Assembly (NCBI RefSeq): GCF_009834535.1
Contig: NC_045697.1
Location: forward strand, 85,190,001-85,254,000
Direction: 5' to 3'
Length of the DNA stretch: 64,000 nt
From: Camelus ferus
Taxonomy: Eukaryota
Numbering within the stretch: the stretch's first letter is position 1; every line of letters starts with the position of its first letter. A program made the translations under genes and the position numbers. The notes under the pieces were generated by a model. The model made no database searches. It saw only the letters and a list, made by a program, of their open reading frames with translations, and was not told the origin of the DNA. Positions 27,481 to 42,132 of the stretch are shown here, piece after piece.

Positions 27481-30400
27481 CTAAATGGAAAGGAAAAAAA
27501 AAAAGGGTTGAGGATAAATATAAAGAATTAGGTACAAATGATTAAGTGCCTCTGACAACAGTAAATCCTTTTTTTTCCAGGATTACATTTGTTTAAAATG
27601 ATTTAATATCACAATGAGATTTTAAACAATTTATTGTGGATATTCCCACTGGCTCAAAAAAACCTCTTAGAATCATGCATTAGTGTTAATCTGAAAATAA
27701 TTCTGCAGTTTACTTTTTAAGCGTTTATGGAGTCCCCATCTAAAAATGATTAAGTTATACAAAACCGGTATATGCTAGCAAAACCACATAATCAAAATGG
27801 GGCTGCAGCTGCCCTTGACTGCTGCCAAGAAACAATTTCTTGGGAGCTTTTTTCACATTCTTTGTGTGTATTTAACGCTTGAGGACAGAATTAATCTCAA
27901 TAAAGTAATCTGTTACTTGCATTATGTTTGTCTGACTGGATTGAGTTTACTGCAAAGTACAAAGGAATAGAAATCTGACTTGATCTTTGAAATCAGCAGG
28001 TGCTAATTGAACAGTCAATTTGAAAGAACATTCCTGCCCTCAACATACCTTTAATCTGGGCATCAAACAACCACACGAGGAAAGGTGAATGAGTATCATC
28101 ACAAGCCAGTTTCGACAAAATGTTCGAGTTCAAAGAAAAAAGAGTGACCTCTCCAAAAAGAGGAGGCAGATGGAGGGTTTTAAACTTGTCTCACAATCTC
28201 ATCAGGAGGCCAGTGTTTCTACCAACATCAAAATGGGTCATTCCAATAAACGCGAGGTCAGAGCTATTTTTCAAGTCCCATTGTTTTTCAAACTCAGGAG
28301 AAGGGAAAAGTTGGGAGAAGGAGGCAAGGACTTCAGACATCTGCACATTCTCTCTCACTGTTTTTAGAATTTATTTTATTTTAACTTTAACTTAAATATT
28401 AATAAAAGCATATAGTGAATCATCTGGGTTACCATCTTCACCACAAACCAGAGCTTCCAGGGCCTGTGTTTGCATTTGCTTTTAAGAAAATTACTGGCAA
28501 GTAATATCATTTGAATTTCCATGAGCTACTGTAAAAAGAATAGGAAAGGTTTTTAAAAAATTATGGGTTCCAGAAGGAGAAGACACACTGGCTGGGACAG
28601 AGAAAAAGGGATGGGACAACGATGTCCCCACCTGACAACCTCAAAGAACCACAAACTCAGCAAAACATTCTCAGCCTCCATATTAAACTAATTGTTAACT
28701 TTAATATAATTGGCTTCATAGTCTTATTGGTTGATACTTAACTTGTAAATTTCCATATTTGAATGATCATCTGTATTTGGATATTCACTATCACATTTGT
28801 AATTTTTAAAAGAGTTACAAACGAAATACCTTACCCAACATCAGTGTCCTTTAGATTGTTTTCCCCTTGGAAATGATTTATATTAACTCAAGTGTGAGGA
28901 ATACAGTCTAATCAGTGTCCACCTTAGCCAATGACACTGTCTACAACAGACATTTCCTTGATTCTACATTTGGCAGGCACTTAACTTTCCATTTTCACTA
29001 CAAGTCCTTACACAAAACAGCTATACATTCTTTATACCTCAGCAAGAGCTGCTACTCCCATGGTCCACATTATGGTTCAATTTAAAGGAAATGGTGTAAC
29101 ATTTTTAACGTATAACAGACCTGTGTTCTTCTTCCCTGACAGAAGGGACAAAATATGGCAATTCTTTCTTGATTAATGTAAGGTTGTTTAGAAATTGTAC
29201 ACATCTATTATTACAACACTGGATTATTCCAAACAGCCAACTTCCAATTTATTTGTAATATCTTTATAAAACCCACAGCATTTCTTGCTGCTACATAAAT
29301 ATTTCATCGTTTGCTTACAAGACCTCCGTTGCTTACCCTTCAGTGGTATAAGGTTCAAAATAAAAGGCATTAAGGCAACATTAATGAAAAAAATAAAAGT
29401 GTTCCTTTTGGCTTAACTCAAAAACATATCTTATTATTAGGTACAGAATTTGATTAGTTGATATTAAAAAACACTGAAAGTATAATACTAAAATTTCTTA
29501 AATTTGGATAAGAAAGCATGGAAACAGATCACTGTGAAAATGATATTGGGTAAATGAATGAGACAAAAATGAACAATATACTCCAGAATGTAGTCTATGA
29601 CAATCTGTTATTGCAGACAAATAAATGTATCTCTCTTGAAAACACACTATACTTTTCACTCAGTGATTAAAATGCAACAAAAGCGTACTAAATTCATGCA
29701 AAAAAGTAATCCAAGAAAAGAAAGTTGAAAGACTAAACTATTCAGAGATTTGAAAAGAGAAGACCATATCACTATTACTGAGCATTAAAGATACAGGAAA
29801 AGAAATTTACTCTTCTCAGTCCCTTTGAAACAGCTGTATTAAGGACAGGTACCAAAATTAAAATCATGACATGGGAGTCACTTCACATTGAATACTTACG
29901 GGGCACACCGAGCAGCAGAAAACTACCACACTTCACACTCATTTCTAAGGTCAATGTTAAAACTTTAAATTGCTTTTCTTATAATATCAATTTTTCTATT
30001 TTAAAGATACACTTAAAATGTATTTAATCAACAAATAAAAATAAACTGTTGATTTGCTTGAGCCAATTAGCATAACATAAATAAGATAATCTCCAAATCA
30101 CCATCAGTAAGAACATCATTGTATTTGAGCTGGGCAGGAACTTCCCTAGGTTCTAGGTTCTAGGTTTCCCTAGGTTCATGCAAGATGAAGAAGGACCACT
30201 CGGCTCCTACAAGAGCTCAGTCTAACAACCTGTCAATAAATATCAGAACTAGCTTTGAAAAATAAAACTATTCAAGCTCTACTCAATATCTTTCAAAAGA
30301 AACCTATGTTAACAAAAAAATGTGTAAAAATCGAGAAGCTCCCATCAGGTACTTTGTATGACCCATCTATAGGCATAGCTTCGGACCATGTGGAGTCCAG

Positions 30401-30588
30401 ACCCAGATCTAGGTCTGCTTTTATATGATAAATATGACTCTTCTGGTAAAATGAAGAAAACAGACATTTGCTGAATGTATCAATCATGCGTTCCTTATTT
30501 GTCATTTTGAGTAAATATTTTGATAAAATTGATTATCACATGCTAATTAACATACATGCCTGTTGACATTAAATATGTAATCCAGTCA

Positions 30589-30774
<186 letters not shown>

Positions 30775-33700
30775 TTAGAAATGAAAAAGTCAAATAAGAG
30801 AAACACAGACACACAGCAGGGTGCTATTAAACCCCCTCATGAGTACCAGATTCAGTGTTGTTTTCTCCAAAAAGTAGTTAGCGTGTTCACAGCTCAATTT
30901 ATCATAACCATTAAAGGTCATTTTTCCAACACATTTTCAGTTCCATATTTGCTAATTCTCTGTGTGAAGGCAAGGAGGTGGGGGAGTCTTCTAACCATCT
31001 TAGACCCTCAGTGTCCTTAGCTGGAAAATGTGAGGATTGAATTAGCTACTTTTCTAAAGGTACCATGAACTTTCTTTAAAAGTACGTATTTCTAGGGCAG
31101 GGGTTTGGATTTGTGGTAAGTAGATACTTGTGACAAAAGGCTTCTGTCCAGCAGAGTGAGCTGCCTTTGGGGTCTCTCCTAAACTCCCTTCAAACCCCCC
31201 ACTCTCTCCCCGGCCTTCAGGGACACAAGCAGAACTGGGTCACAGGCAGCAAGCTGGAGGGATGCCCCTGAAGGCATATGTCAGAGTGGGCCCTTCATCC
31301 CGGGACAGGAGCAGCCTACAATACGCCTTCCTTCCTCAGCACTATCTCAGGACCTCGGACTGGAGGCTCTCCAATCAGTCCTTGGTCTGCTGTGAAATGG
31401 CTGGAGAAGGGGTTCAACTTCCAGGCTCTCAGACAGTGTGGGAGTTGCCTTTCAGAGAGGAATCTGGATTGGGGCAGAGGGATCCAGAGTGCTATTACCC
31501 TTTTCTACCCTAGATCCCCTGGGGACCTGGGAAAGTTTTCCTCTTCTTGTTCAACAGCTTATGCTTGCAGGAAAGGAACTCCAGAAGCTGTGTTTAAGGA
31601 GTTTATGATATTTTTAAAACTTTCATATCGTGCTATGTCTAAAGTTTAGTGGTCCATTTTAAATACATTTTAAGCTAACAATGTGCACAATTAGAAAATA
31701 GTGATTATCTCCTAGGAAGTTGTAACACACATGTAGTCTGTATAAAGATAGACTAGTATTTGCAGATATTTCCTCTTTCTAGAGAAAAATTGCAATAGCA
31801 CAGATTCACATATTATACCCACTATGAGACAAAATCTGCAGATAACTTCCTACGTCTGAATAAGAGAACACCTCAATTTCAACCAAGCTCTTCTAACTTC
31901 CCTCCGTTTTCACTAGTATGAATTTAAAAATGTGAAGATCTTATTATTTCTCCATACCAATTTTAAGGAAGGAAGGACAACGAGAAAGAACAAAAAAGGC
32001 AAAGGCAAATTACCCTCCCTTTGTCTTTTCAAACAGAAGTATAGCTTTTAATTTAAAGTCTCTTAAAGTCTCTAAGGAAGTTGTTGAGTTGTTGAAATTT
32101 GACGCTTGAAACAAAGTCACCCCCAAACAGGGCAGGAACTGTGTCGATTCTGAGAGCTGTGTTTACGTGCAGCCTTTGTGCATGTTTGTTGCAGGGTGTT
32201 ACTGTTGTCACCTGGTTTGCTTTATGTATCTTTTCAGATTTATTTAAAATTTTATTTGTATAAAATATATACCCAGTGAGAGTAAAAGGACAATTGATAA
32301 AAGATTGTAAATGCTAGTAATACCAAATCTATTCAAGCACTGGAAAAAAAAATACTCTAAGACTGCTCCTATCAATGTATTTCCATTAAATCATCAGGTG
32401 AATCAAAATATTGGTTCTTGTACAGAAATCTCATCAAGCTATACCAAGGGAGTCCATGCCGTTCTTCTTCCATATTTTAATTTCCAGATTTCTTTGTTTT
32501 AACTTTTATCAGAATTTTAAAATTCTGATACTAGATTTTACCTGATTTTTATCAGATTTCTTTACCTTAAATTTACCAGGATTTTCCCCTTTCTTAAAGC
32601 CAAGAAGCTAGCTACTAACTTACCTTTTGGTTTTCAGTGGATTAGATAATAAAAATGATTTCCAAAATAATTATGACATCTTATTCTTCATATTTTGAGC
32701 GAGAATGCTGATGTTAAGTCTCTAAAACAAACTTCATGTTTTGAAATTAAAAAGGTTTTTGTTTCTATATTGTATAAGACAAGACCTACTCTCTGTCCTT
32801 TCCATTTGCACCACTTTGGTTTTGCCATCCTTTTAGCTCACTAGCCTTAACTGATGTTTACCTTAAGTAAGGCATTTACTTACTCCATTACCAAGGTGAC
32901 TTTCCTAGCTAAATATCTTGATGCAGCTTTATAAAGTCTCTGACTGAAGTGGTGATCAGCATTATATTAAACACAGAACGCACAAGCACAGTCTACACCT
33001 GGTCACTTCAATCCTACGTCTCAAGTTGATGACAAACAATAAGCTGAAATCAAAAGTATTCAATTCTTTCTATTAAAAACTCCTTGCTGCTATTAAAAAT
33101 AAAATTTCATCTGTGCAAAAAAAAAAAAAAAAAAAAAATTCCCTGAGCATCAGATCAAGTTTAGCCACGTAAGTCTTAATGGTATGAATGAGGTTCCCTT
33201 GTCTAAATCCCTGTTCTAAAATCCCTTCATCTCATAATAGTTATTTTTATCAATCAAATGATAGTGAAATGGGATGGAAATTCCTGCTGTTACATGACAT
33301 ATTTTATTTCTTAAATACACAGATGTTCTTTATAAGGAAAATGTAAAGTAGTGCTAACAACTTCTCCAGAGCTGTAAGGCGAGCAGAGAATGGCTGAGAT
33401 CACAGCACTGTCTTTCTTCTAAGCAAAGAGGCATTTTATCACAATCATTACCACTCGATAAACAGAGAGACTTCAACATCTTTATTATGTTGTATTTCAA
33501 ATACTTTGACTTGACCAGAGAAAATCTCTTCCAAGATGCTAGCCTATCTGTACAATCAAATGTCAAGACTGATTAATTGCTCTGTGCTCCTCAGAAATAT
33601 TAAAAATTTAATCAGCAGTAGAAACTTCATGTTAGAGGATGTTCCACTGAAAAAACAACTCGAATTAAAAGCAAGCATATAAATATTATCTATGTTATAC

Positions 33701-34438
33701 CATTTTAATTTAATTTTAGATACAGTAATGTAGTAAATCTCTGGTAACTTCAACATCTGAACACAGAACCCACTTTAAAACCCCACTTGGCCATAACACT
33801 TTCTTCTCTGAAATAAAGTGACCTCCTTCAGCAATACAGCTATAAATTGTAGTATTCTAAAAGGAGCTCTGAGTGTAACCACTAGACAGACTTTCATTGT
33901 ATTTATGTGAATAACTTATTTCCCCTGCCCAAAAAAAAAAAAAAAAAAAATGCCCTTGCCAGACGAAGTAAGAACTCAGAGGCAGTGTAGTAAGCAGGAG
34001 AAGCACCTGACCATTAGAGGCATGGGGGCTACCCCTAGTGCTGTGCAACCCTGAGTGTGTCACTATGCTTCTCTGAGTCTCAGTTTTCTCAATTCCCCTC
34101 AAATTAAGAGGTTAAATTACACAGTAACTCTGATCCTTCCCAGTTTTAAAAGTCTGTGAGCTAATAAAGTCATGCCAGATATCTGCATGTTTTAAAGAGT
34201 CAGATTTGTTTCCTTAATCATTACATTTAAAAGGAAACAAAAATGTCTGTTTCAGAACAAATTTCAAGGATACTTTATTGACATGACATGTTTTCATACA
34301 CAATCTTGAAATAGTGGGAAAAAATTAAATAAAATGATGAATCTTACTGTGGGAAAATAAAGCAAGGATAAAGGAAGAAAAGGTGAAAGGCAGTTATCAG
34401 TCCTTTTTAAGTTTAAAAGCAGATGACATAACTACTTA

Positions 34439-34726
<288 letters not shown>

Positions 34727-35159
34727 CTATCCCATTTCTTCTGGTGACATTATTCCCCATAAACTTGGAAACACAAATATGCTGTGTTCACCGGAGAAAA
34801 ACAACTGTCTTTTTAACATCTCACATGAATAATTAACTTGATACATAGTAAAGAAAATCGTTCCTATAATCTCAAATGCTCATCTCAATACACACTAAGA
34901 TGTCTCAGGATCTACTTTGCCGAGTGAAATGATACGTAATTGCTCTAAAGATTAAACCTTCTTTATCACTGGACAAAGACTTTAATGATGCTGGTACAAC
35001 ATTCTCCACACAGATAAAGGACACTGGTATAAGGGAGATTGTTTCCATCCTTTCTATTTCAACTTGACTGAATAATTTCAAGTCATTTTTAATCCTAGGT
35101 GCTGCTCTTCCCCTAAATCAAACTAGAGTATTTACTCGTGTTATATTAATTCTGGATAA

Positions 35160-35330
35160 CATTCATTAAATATTTATTGTATGTCAAATGCTAGGTTAAA
35201 CACTTTACATGAATTATTTCACTTCATTCTAACAGCAATTTGATAAATAAAATACTACGGTTGTCCCCATTTTATAGATAAGAAAACTAAGGCTCAAAAA
35301 GTTTCAGTAACTTGCCAAATGTCAAACAGC
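35160..35330 (-). mobile_element. MIR SINE
   Basis: ccccattttatagataagaaaactaaggctcaaaaagtttcagtaacttgccaaatgtcaaacagc. Confidence 0.75.
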
Positions 35331-36454
35331 ATAGATGCAGCAAGCATGATTAATCACATGACAGACAAAAATAAATGCGTAAACCAGCAACAACAGAAAA
35401 CCACCTGCTAGATCTGAAAGTCAAAAACAAAAACAACAAAACAACAACAACAACAACAAAACCCCAGCTTATTCACTTCACCTATTTTCCATTACACATC
35501 AGTATTAACCCATTTTGCCTAAATAAGAAAATAAAATTCTATTCTACCCGATGGTAAGAAAATAATGCTCACAAATGCTAAAATATAGAAAACGGAACTA
35601 TGTTTTCTTATTGCAATAAAGCAAATCACATAATTGATGGCTTTTTATGATATCTGTGATATAAAAATAAGGGAATAATTTAAGGAAAGGTCACTTTATT
35701 CACAGCATATAGATTTATACCTGATTAATGAACATTATAATATTAAAGGTACAAACATTACCTATTAACATAATGTTAGTGAAAAGGGATTATCATGCCT
35801 GTTTTCAACTGTAAAAACATATTAAAAGGATGGGAGGAACAAATATTTAAAACTCAGGATAAACTACAGATATTCAAATTGCTATTTAGCTGGGAATAAA
35901 TATATCCATGAAATAGAACAAAAAGCAGGTTTCTTTCATTACATAAGATATATGAACATTTAATATAGGAAAATATGGCATTTCAAATTGGGAGCGGAAC
36001 AGTGGATTATTTAGTAAATGGTTGTGAAGCAACTGTATAGACATTCAGAAAAAATGAAGTTGTGTCTATTCTTCACCCCTTAACATCAATAAAATTTTTT
36101 GAAATTTAAATTTTTTTTTTAATTTTTGAAAATCATTTCTATTCAGATGTTTTTTCAAATGTGAAGAGTAAGACACTAAATATAGTAGAAGAAAATACGA
36201 GTGAATATTTAAATAATTTTTACTGTTATTTACTAAAAGGCTTCTAAGGATTCCAGAAACCCAGGAATTCAGGTAAGGGAAAGGATTAAATTTAAAACTG
36301 CAAGACAAAAACGTTTGGTGTAAAAGACAATAGTTACAACATCAACCAAAAGTTTAAAATTGTTAATATAAAGAGTTATAGCAAATTAATAAGAAAATGT
36401 AAAAACTCCAAAAAGGGGGCAAAAGGACTCTCCTCCAAATAGCTCTCTTAAAAT

Positions 36455-36830
36455 TTCATTCATTATTTGTTTTGTGCCAAGTCTATGATATGCACTTCAT
36501 GCCACTGCATGCCAGTCCTATTTTACATGCTGAGTATATAGCAGTTAAAAAAAAAAAAAAAGAAAAAGACAAAAGTCCCCACTATCATGGAGCTCTTATA
36601 CTGGTGGAGAAAGGACAAATTAACAAACAGTAAGTAGGAGATACATGCTACAGAGAAAAATAAAGTAGGGAAAGGGGACAGCAAATGTTTCAGAGAACAG
36701 GGCAGCAATTTTAAAAGGTGTCAAGGAAATTCTGGGTGAGAAGTGACACTTGAGGGAAGATCTGACATAAGCAGGGGAGCAGGTGCGCGTCTCTGAGGAA
36801 AGAAACTCAGAGACGTCCCCACAGCCTTAG
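36455..36830 (-). mobile_element. L2 LINE fragment
   Basis: ttcattcattattt...aaagacaaaagtccccactatcatggagctctta...gtgacacttgagggaagatctga. Confidence 0.65.
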
Positions 36831-36833
36831 GCA

Positions 36834-37106
36834 CACTCTTCCCTCCATATCCATGGACCAAAATCCAAGGACGCCCAAGTCCCTTATATAAAATGGCATA
36901 GTACCTGCATACAACCTATGCACATCCTCCCATATACTTTAAATCATCTCTAAATTGTTACAGTACCTAATACAACGTAAATGGTTGCCAGTGCACAGCA
37001 ATTCAAGTTTTGCTTTTTGGCACTCCCTGGAATTTTTTTCCAAATACTTTACATTCAGTTGGTTGAGTCTGTGGATATGGCACCTGCAGACACAAAGGGC
37101 CAACTG
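36834..37106. mobile_element. TcMar-Tigger non-autonomous element, MER2/MER2B-like
   Basis: aaatccaaggacgcccaagtcccttatataaaatggcatagta...catcctcccatatactttaaatcatctc...agggccaactg|ta. Confidence 0.8.
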
Positions 37107-37344
37107 TATACCGTGATCAAAGCAAAGGGAATTTGCTAAGAGAAGAGATGAAGTCTTCCTTGGAAGGTGGCAATTTAGATTCCCAACGCAGGGATATTTC
37201 CCCTCTACAATACTGCTGAGAGACAGCATCTTATATTTCTAACCAAGGGTGCCCCTAGCAAACATTGTTTGGAACACATCAGCTGATTCAACCAGTAATT
37301 TGAAAGTTCTGCTTCCACATGGCCAATATTTATTACAGCTAGTC

Positions 37345-37425
37345 TAGAGCCATAGAGAACAAGTTTATTCTCTCTTCCATAATGAAGCTGTTTGAATATC
37401 TGGAAACAGCAACCATGTCCCTTCA
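37345..37425 (-). mobile_element. L3/CR1 LINE fragment
   Basis: Minus strand GGGACATGGTTGCTGTTTCCAGATATTCAAACAGCTTCATTATGGAAGAGAGAATAAACTTGTTCTCTATGGCTCTAGA resembles the CR1/L3 ORF2 C-terminal region. Confidence 0.55.
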
Positions 37426-38899
37426 CAAACTGCCAGATAACAGACACCTGTGGCTTCACTCATGAAGATACAGTTTTCAGGCACATCACAATAATAGTAA
37501 AGCAGAATTTTCTGCATAAAAGAAGGCATCCTGATTTTTATCATTCATATGGAACAAATCATAGCAGCTATACCTACTCCTCTAGTGGATAACTTGTTTG
37601 CTAGGCAAGATAGCTAAATAAATTGGTAATCTTGCACTGAACTTTATGGGTCATCCAAAGAGAAATGAGTGCAGATTCTTATAGTACAAACAGACAAATA
37701 AGCAAGAACGGACCAATCCTAGTCCTATCAAAAATTACTCTCTCTAAAAATTAATACCAGTCCTTCAACAGGAAATTGTTTTCTTATAGTATAAATCCTC
37801 AGAAATTAACAGATAATAAGAAACAGGATGCGGGTAAGATTCCAAATATTTGGTCATGAAAGATAGATAGGTAGATGATACAAAGATAGAAAGTAAAATG
37901 TATATGCACGTTGTGTGTGTATTTAAAACCACCAACCACATATTCTCAGTTGAAACCCTCATAAAAACTAAACTAGCCTATTTTCAACATAATACAGATG
38001 CAAACCAAAGTCAAAAGATCTGAGTTTAGAATCACTTTCTAATTTTAAATATACAACACCCAATATGGATATTAGGTTCAAACCCTGTTTTTTACTGAAA
38101 ATACTGCACTTCAGCGTATTTTAATTATCACATACAGTTCTCATTTGTACATCTCTAATTCTCACTGGTTCAGGTTTGCAGCATTTTCTAGTACGATACA
38201 AATTGTTATATGAGAGAGAAGGATGTCTCTTTTTCAAAAACATAATACTTTTCCATTCAATTAACTTAGCTGCCACAAACTAACACTGTTGACATCACTT
38301 AAAATTCATTACCCCGTAATATTGAGGGTTCACATAAGTATTCTTCCTGCCCTCACACTAAATTGCCCCCGTTTGCTATGTTCTATGAATTTCAGAGTTT
38401 ACTTTTCAAAGTTTTTTGCCTTCTCTGAGTGTAACAAGCCATCACCATATTTTCTGGCTATGGCTAACCTAACTGAGCTTGGTTTTTTTTCAACCCTCTT
38501 ACTTAATCTTCTCATAGATCCTATGGGCTGAGTCAATCAAGCTTGGCAGAACTTCAGGTAGAATAAAAATGAAAGGGTTAAGGGCCGAAGCTCCATGTTA
38601 TACTAAATAACATGTTTTAATACATGAAAAAGTAACATACTGGTAGTGGAGAATTAATTTAATGATTATGGAGGAAAATGAGCTGTTTTTATTTCCTGCC
38701 TTGTCTACCCAAAAGGGGAAAGAACAAAACATTTCTGAACCAAATCACTCACAAGAGCAAGTGCTTATCAGAAGAATTTTTGTGAAGAGGAGCTGCTTTT
38801 TAATATATGACACTGATTTCCAAGAAGACAAAAAGGAAGCAGTGATAAGCATCTGCTTATTAATGTTACTCTTCCTAAAACACCACATAAAAGAATTTT

Positions 38900-39880
38900 G
38901 AAGAAGGAAAACTACAAAGGAGCCCTTGTCTAACAGATATTGAAACACGTTAAACTGCAATTATTAAAATAGTATGATATTGCAAAAGAACAGAGATTAA
39001 AAGGAACAAAATGGAGTCCAAAAATAGATTTATATGAGAGGTTTTTAACAATGTGATAGCAGTGGTTATGAATCAATATTTCATTCCATACCTAAAAATA
39101 AATTATTGATGGATTAAAATACCAATAAAAAGGAAACAAATATAACTTTTAAAAGAATTGATGAGGATTTCCACAATCTTGGAATAAGAAAGTTTTCTAA
39201 GTAAGGCATAAAGCTCAGAAGCTGTAAATACTCAGAAGTCATACAACACATAATCCATGTCATACTTAAAAACGTAAAAATGTAAAACTTCTTTATTCCA
39301 AAGATGAAAGTTGATAGATGAGAACAAATATTAGAAACTAAAACAAATTAATATTCATAATATTTATAGAACACCTAGAAATCAATGAGAAGCCATAAAG
39401 AGGCCAGTGGAGAAAGGACACAGAGCACCTACAGGCATTTCTCATAAGAAATGTAAATGAAAATTAAACATGAGAAGAGTAGAAGTTCACCCGCGATTGC
39501 TAAAATGCAATGAAATATCAATTCTCAGACTGAAAAAAAAAAAGGCTGATAGAATCAAATGATAGTGAGGGCACAGATAAAGAGGCACTTCCATCACTGC
39601 TAAGTGAAAATTGAGCTTTTTCAGAAAGCAGTTGGGTAGGAGTAATCAAAACTTAAAATAAATTAATATCTGACCCATGAATTCCATACAAGATCTGTTT
39701 GCATAAATACTCCTGGCAAAGTCAGTTTTATGTAAAAAGATGTTCACTGATGTTATCACAATAATGATGGTTATGAAAAGTGAGTAACTGTATGAATCTA
39801 CCTGAAAAAGCTCTCCAAGTTATGATGTTAAGGCAAAGAAGTAAGTTCCTGAATGACATCTATGTCATAAAACCATTTAC
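38900..39880 (+). mobile_element. Highly degenerate old L1 (L1ME-like) ORF2/3' remnant
   Basis: A-rich, with motifs ccatacctaaaaataaatt, cctagaaatcaatgagaag and tgacccatgaattcca in L1 order. Confidence 0.6.
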
Positions 39881-41618
39881 ATTTAATTAGACTTATTGCC
39901 CCAATGGGCAGCTAAAACCTTTTATCGATGCTCCACCCAAAAGAACTTCCCCTTACACAAAAACCTTAGTGTGGAGTGTGAAAGTTTCCGAGGATTCACA
40001 GGTGATGACGGGGGTGCCTCGTACAGTGCAGGCTTCCTGTGCACACTCCCATCCAACCTGACACTTGGGAATCTCTTCTCACATTGTCTCTTTCCCATTC
40101 CAATGGTCACCTTCCCAACTCTGCCACCCAACCACCTCCAACTCTTGCCTTATCAATCTTCCCTACTCCAACCTGTTACAGCGACTTAAAGTATGTCAAA
40201 GGCATTATACGGAGGATAAAAAGTAAATTCTACTCAGTCTACAAACTATCCTCCAGTTTTTAGGGTCCCTGGCCTTTGAATATAGCAGTAGATGTAGCAA
40301 TAATTAACAAATTATTTGTACAAATATCTGTACAGTTTTTAATAGATCTGGGGACACCCAGAAAGCTACCCACTGGGGAGGGGACTGGAAATATGGTGGG
40401 TCAGAGAAGGGAAGGCGGCTGGGGCCAGGGGATGCTAACCTAAGCTGCGTAATTGATTACCCACGGATTCATGTATGATTTTAGGGATTTATTTAATAAG
40501 ATGTCTACTACACAGAAAAAAAGGCAAAAAAAATTTTTTAATTAAATTAAGAAATAAAGAAATGTCACCTTCCTCTCTTCCAACATGTTCCTTTGTGGTT
40601 TTAAGAAGGTTATGGGTGTGCAGGCAGGTCAAGCGAGGTGAGCTCAAACCCCTGTGCTGGGCGGGGGGCGAGGGGGGGCTGGGAAAGAGCAGAGTGGAGA
40701 ACAAAGGCAATACTCCACACAAAGGCGAACTCTGGAGGTAAGAGCCAGTCTGCAGCTTTAAGGCACAGGCAAGAATCAGAGGCTAGGGATTTGGGAGACA
40801 AGGCCCTGTGCCCACAGGAACCTGGAAGAAGAAAACTCTGAAGAGCAACAAGCAATGTGCATGCAGCTCAGGCAAACACCAGGGTACAGTCTTTAGCTGA
40901 CCACTCTTCGATGACTATTTGGGGGTTGGGGGAGTGGAGGACATGGAATAAAGCTGGGAGGGAGGTTCCTATATTAAAGTCAGAGAATAAAGGGGGATCA
41001 CCGATTTGGCAGTAAGTGGGCTACACGTCAGTTACTTATCTCAGAGCCAGGAAAGGGTTCTGAAAATTACAACAGTGCAGTATCTTCAAATTAAAGTTTA
41101 AAGAGTTCTTAAATATCTCGAGTTGATAAGCTCAGGGCAGAAGGAATACGACAATGATTTTTCAGTGTATCACCAGATCAACTAATATGCTCATAAAGTC
41201 AAGAGAGAGGGTGCACAGAAAGGTCAGAGCACTACAATGCATACTGCAAACAGAGATCTAAAGAAATCACTTCTCACGCTACAACTACTTCTTAACTGGG
41301 AATATTGTATCTTCTTTATTTGGGATAATCTTCTCGTGGATTTGTATTCACTCAGGAAACATCTGCCACATTCAAAGCACAATGTCAATAGGTGCTATGA
41401 ATAAAAGTCCAGCATCTATCTTCAAATCTCACTGTCTATCTCGTACAGGAAATAAGGGGCTTATGTTGGAAAATGTATAGTGCCGTCTCAACTTCCGTCT
41501 GAGGAAAGTAATTTAAATAAGGTAAGTAATTTGCCATTAGCAACATAAGCTTCAGAGAAACGTCTGTACCTGTTGTTTCCTTCTGTCAGGTTCGATTCCT
41601 GCATGTCTCTCTTAGTGT

Positions 41619-42132
41619 TGTGAATGAAAAATATTGCCAGCCTTATCAGTACACAAAGGATGCTGTGGCGATCAAGTCACCAGCCATTACCATTACCACC
41701 ACCCTCGGCAGAGGGAACTCAGGATGCAGACAAGCAGACAGCCTGGCCTCTGCTGCCACCCACACTGTGCACCCTGAGGGAACTCAGGAGGGGAATGAAC
41801 AGGACACTGGGGACACTGGCCTTAGATAGCTCAGTGCGTATCAAAGGAATGATTTCAATGAGCCTAGACTTTTGCACCTTCCCATACATAGAAAAGTGCT
41901 AAATTCTTCAACTGGAGATATCTGTTTTTCTTTAATTAACTGTAATCTTTTGACGTTCTGACTACCTGGTCTTTGTGGCAAAACTCCTATATATCCTGGC
42001 TCCTCCCCTGCCTCTTCAGAGCAGTCCCTCAGAGTGATCTGAGCGGACACCCCGGGTTACGTCTTCAGAAAATGTCTGCTGAATAAAAGTTAACTCTCAA
42101 CTTTTAGGTTGTGCACTTCTTTTCAGTCAACA
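41619..42132 (+). mobile_element. Solo ERV (probably ERV1-class) LTR, ~514 bp
   Basis: TG...CA termini (tgtgaatgaaaaa ... tttcagtcaaca); 4-bp TSD gtgt/atgt; TATATA at 41988-41993; AATAAA at 42082-42087. Confidence 0.85.

Noticed and set aside
28040..28400. Possible extra exon between exons 12 and 13 (donor-like AG|gtatgt near 28048; two ~92-aa plus-strand ORFs)
   Set aside because: I found no convincing upstream acceptor, and the ORFs have no recognisable homology.
30144..30178. Short (ctaggtt)n repeat
   Set aside because: Only 3-4 imperfect units; ordinary slippage, not telomeric or array-like.
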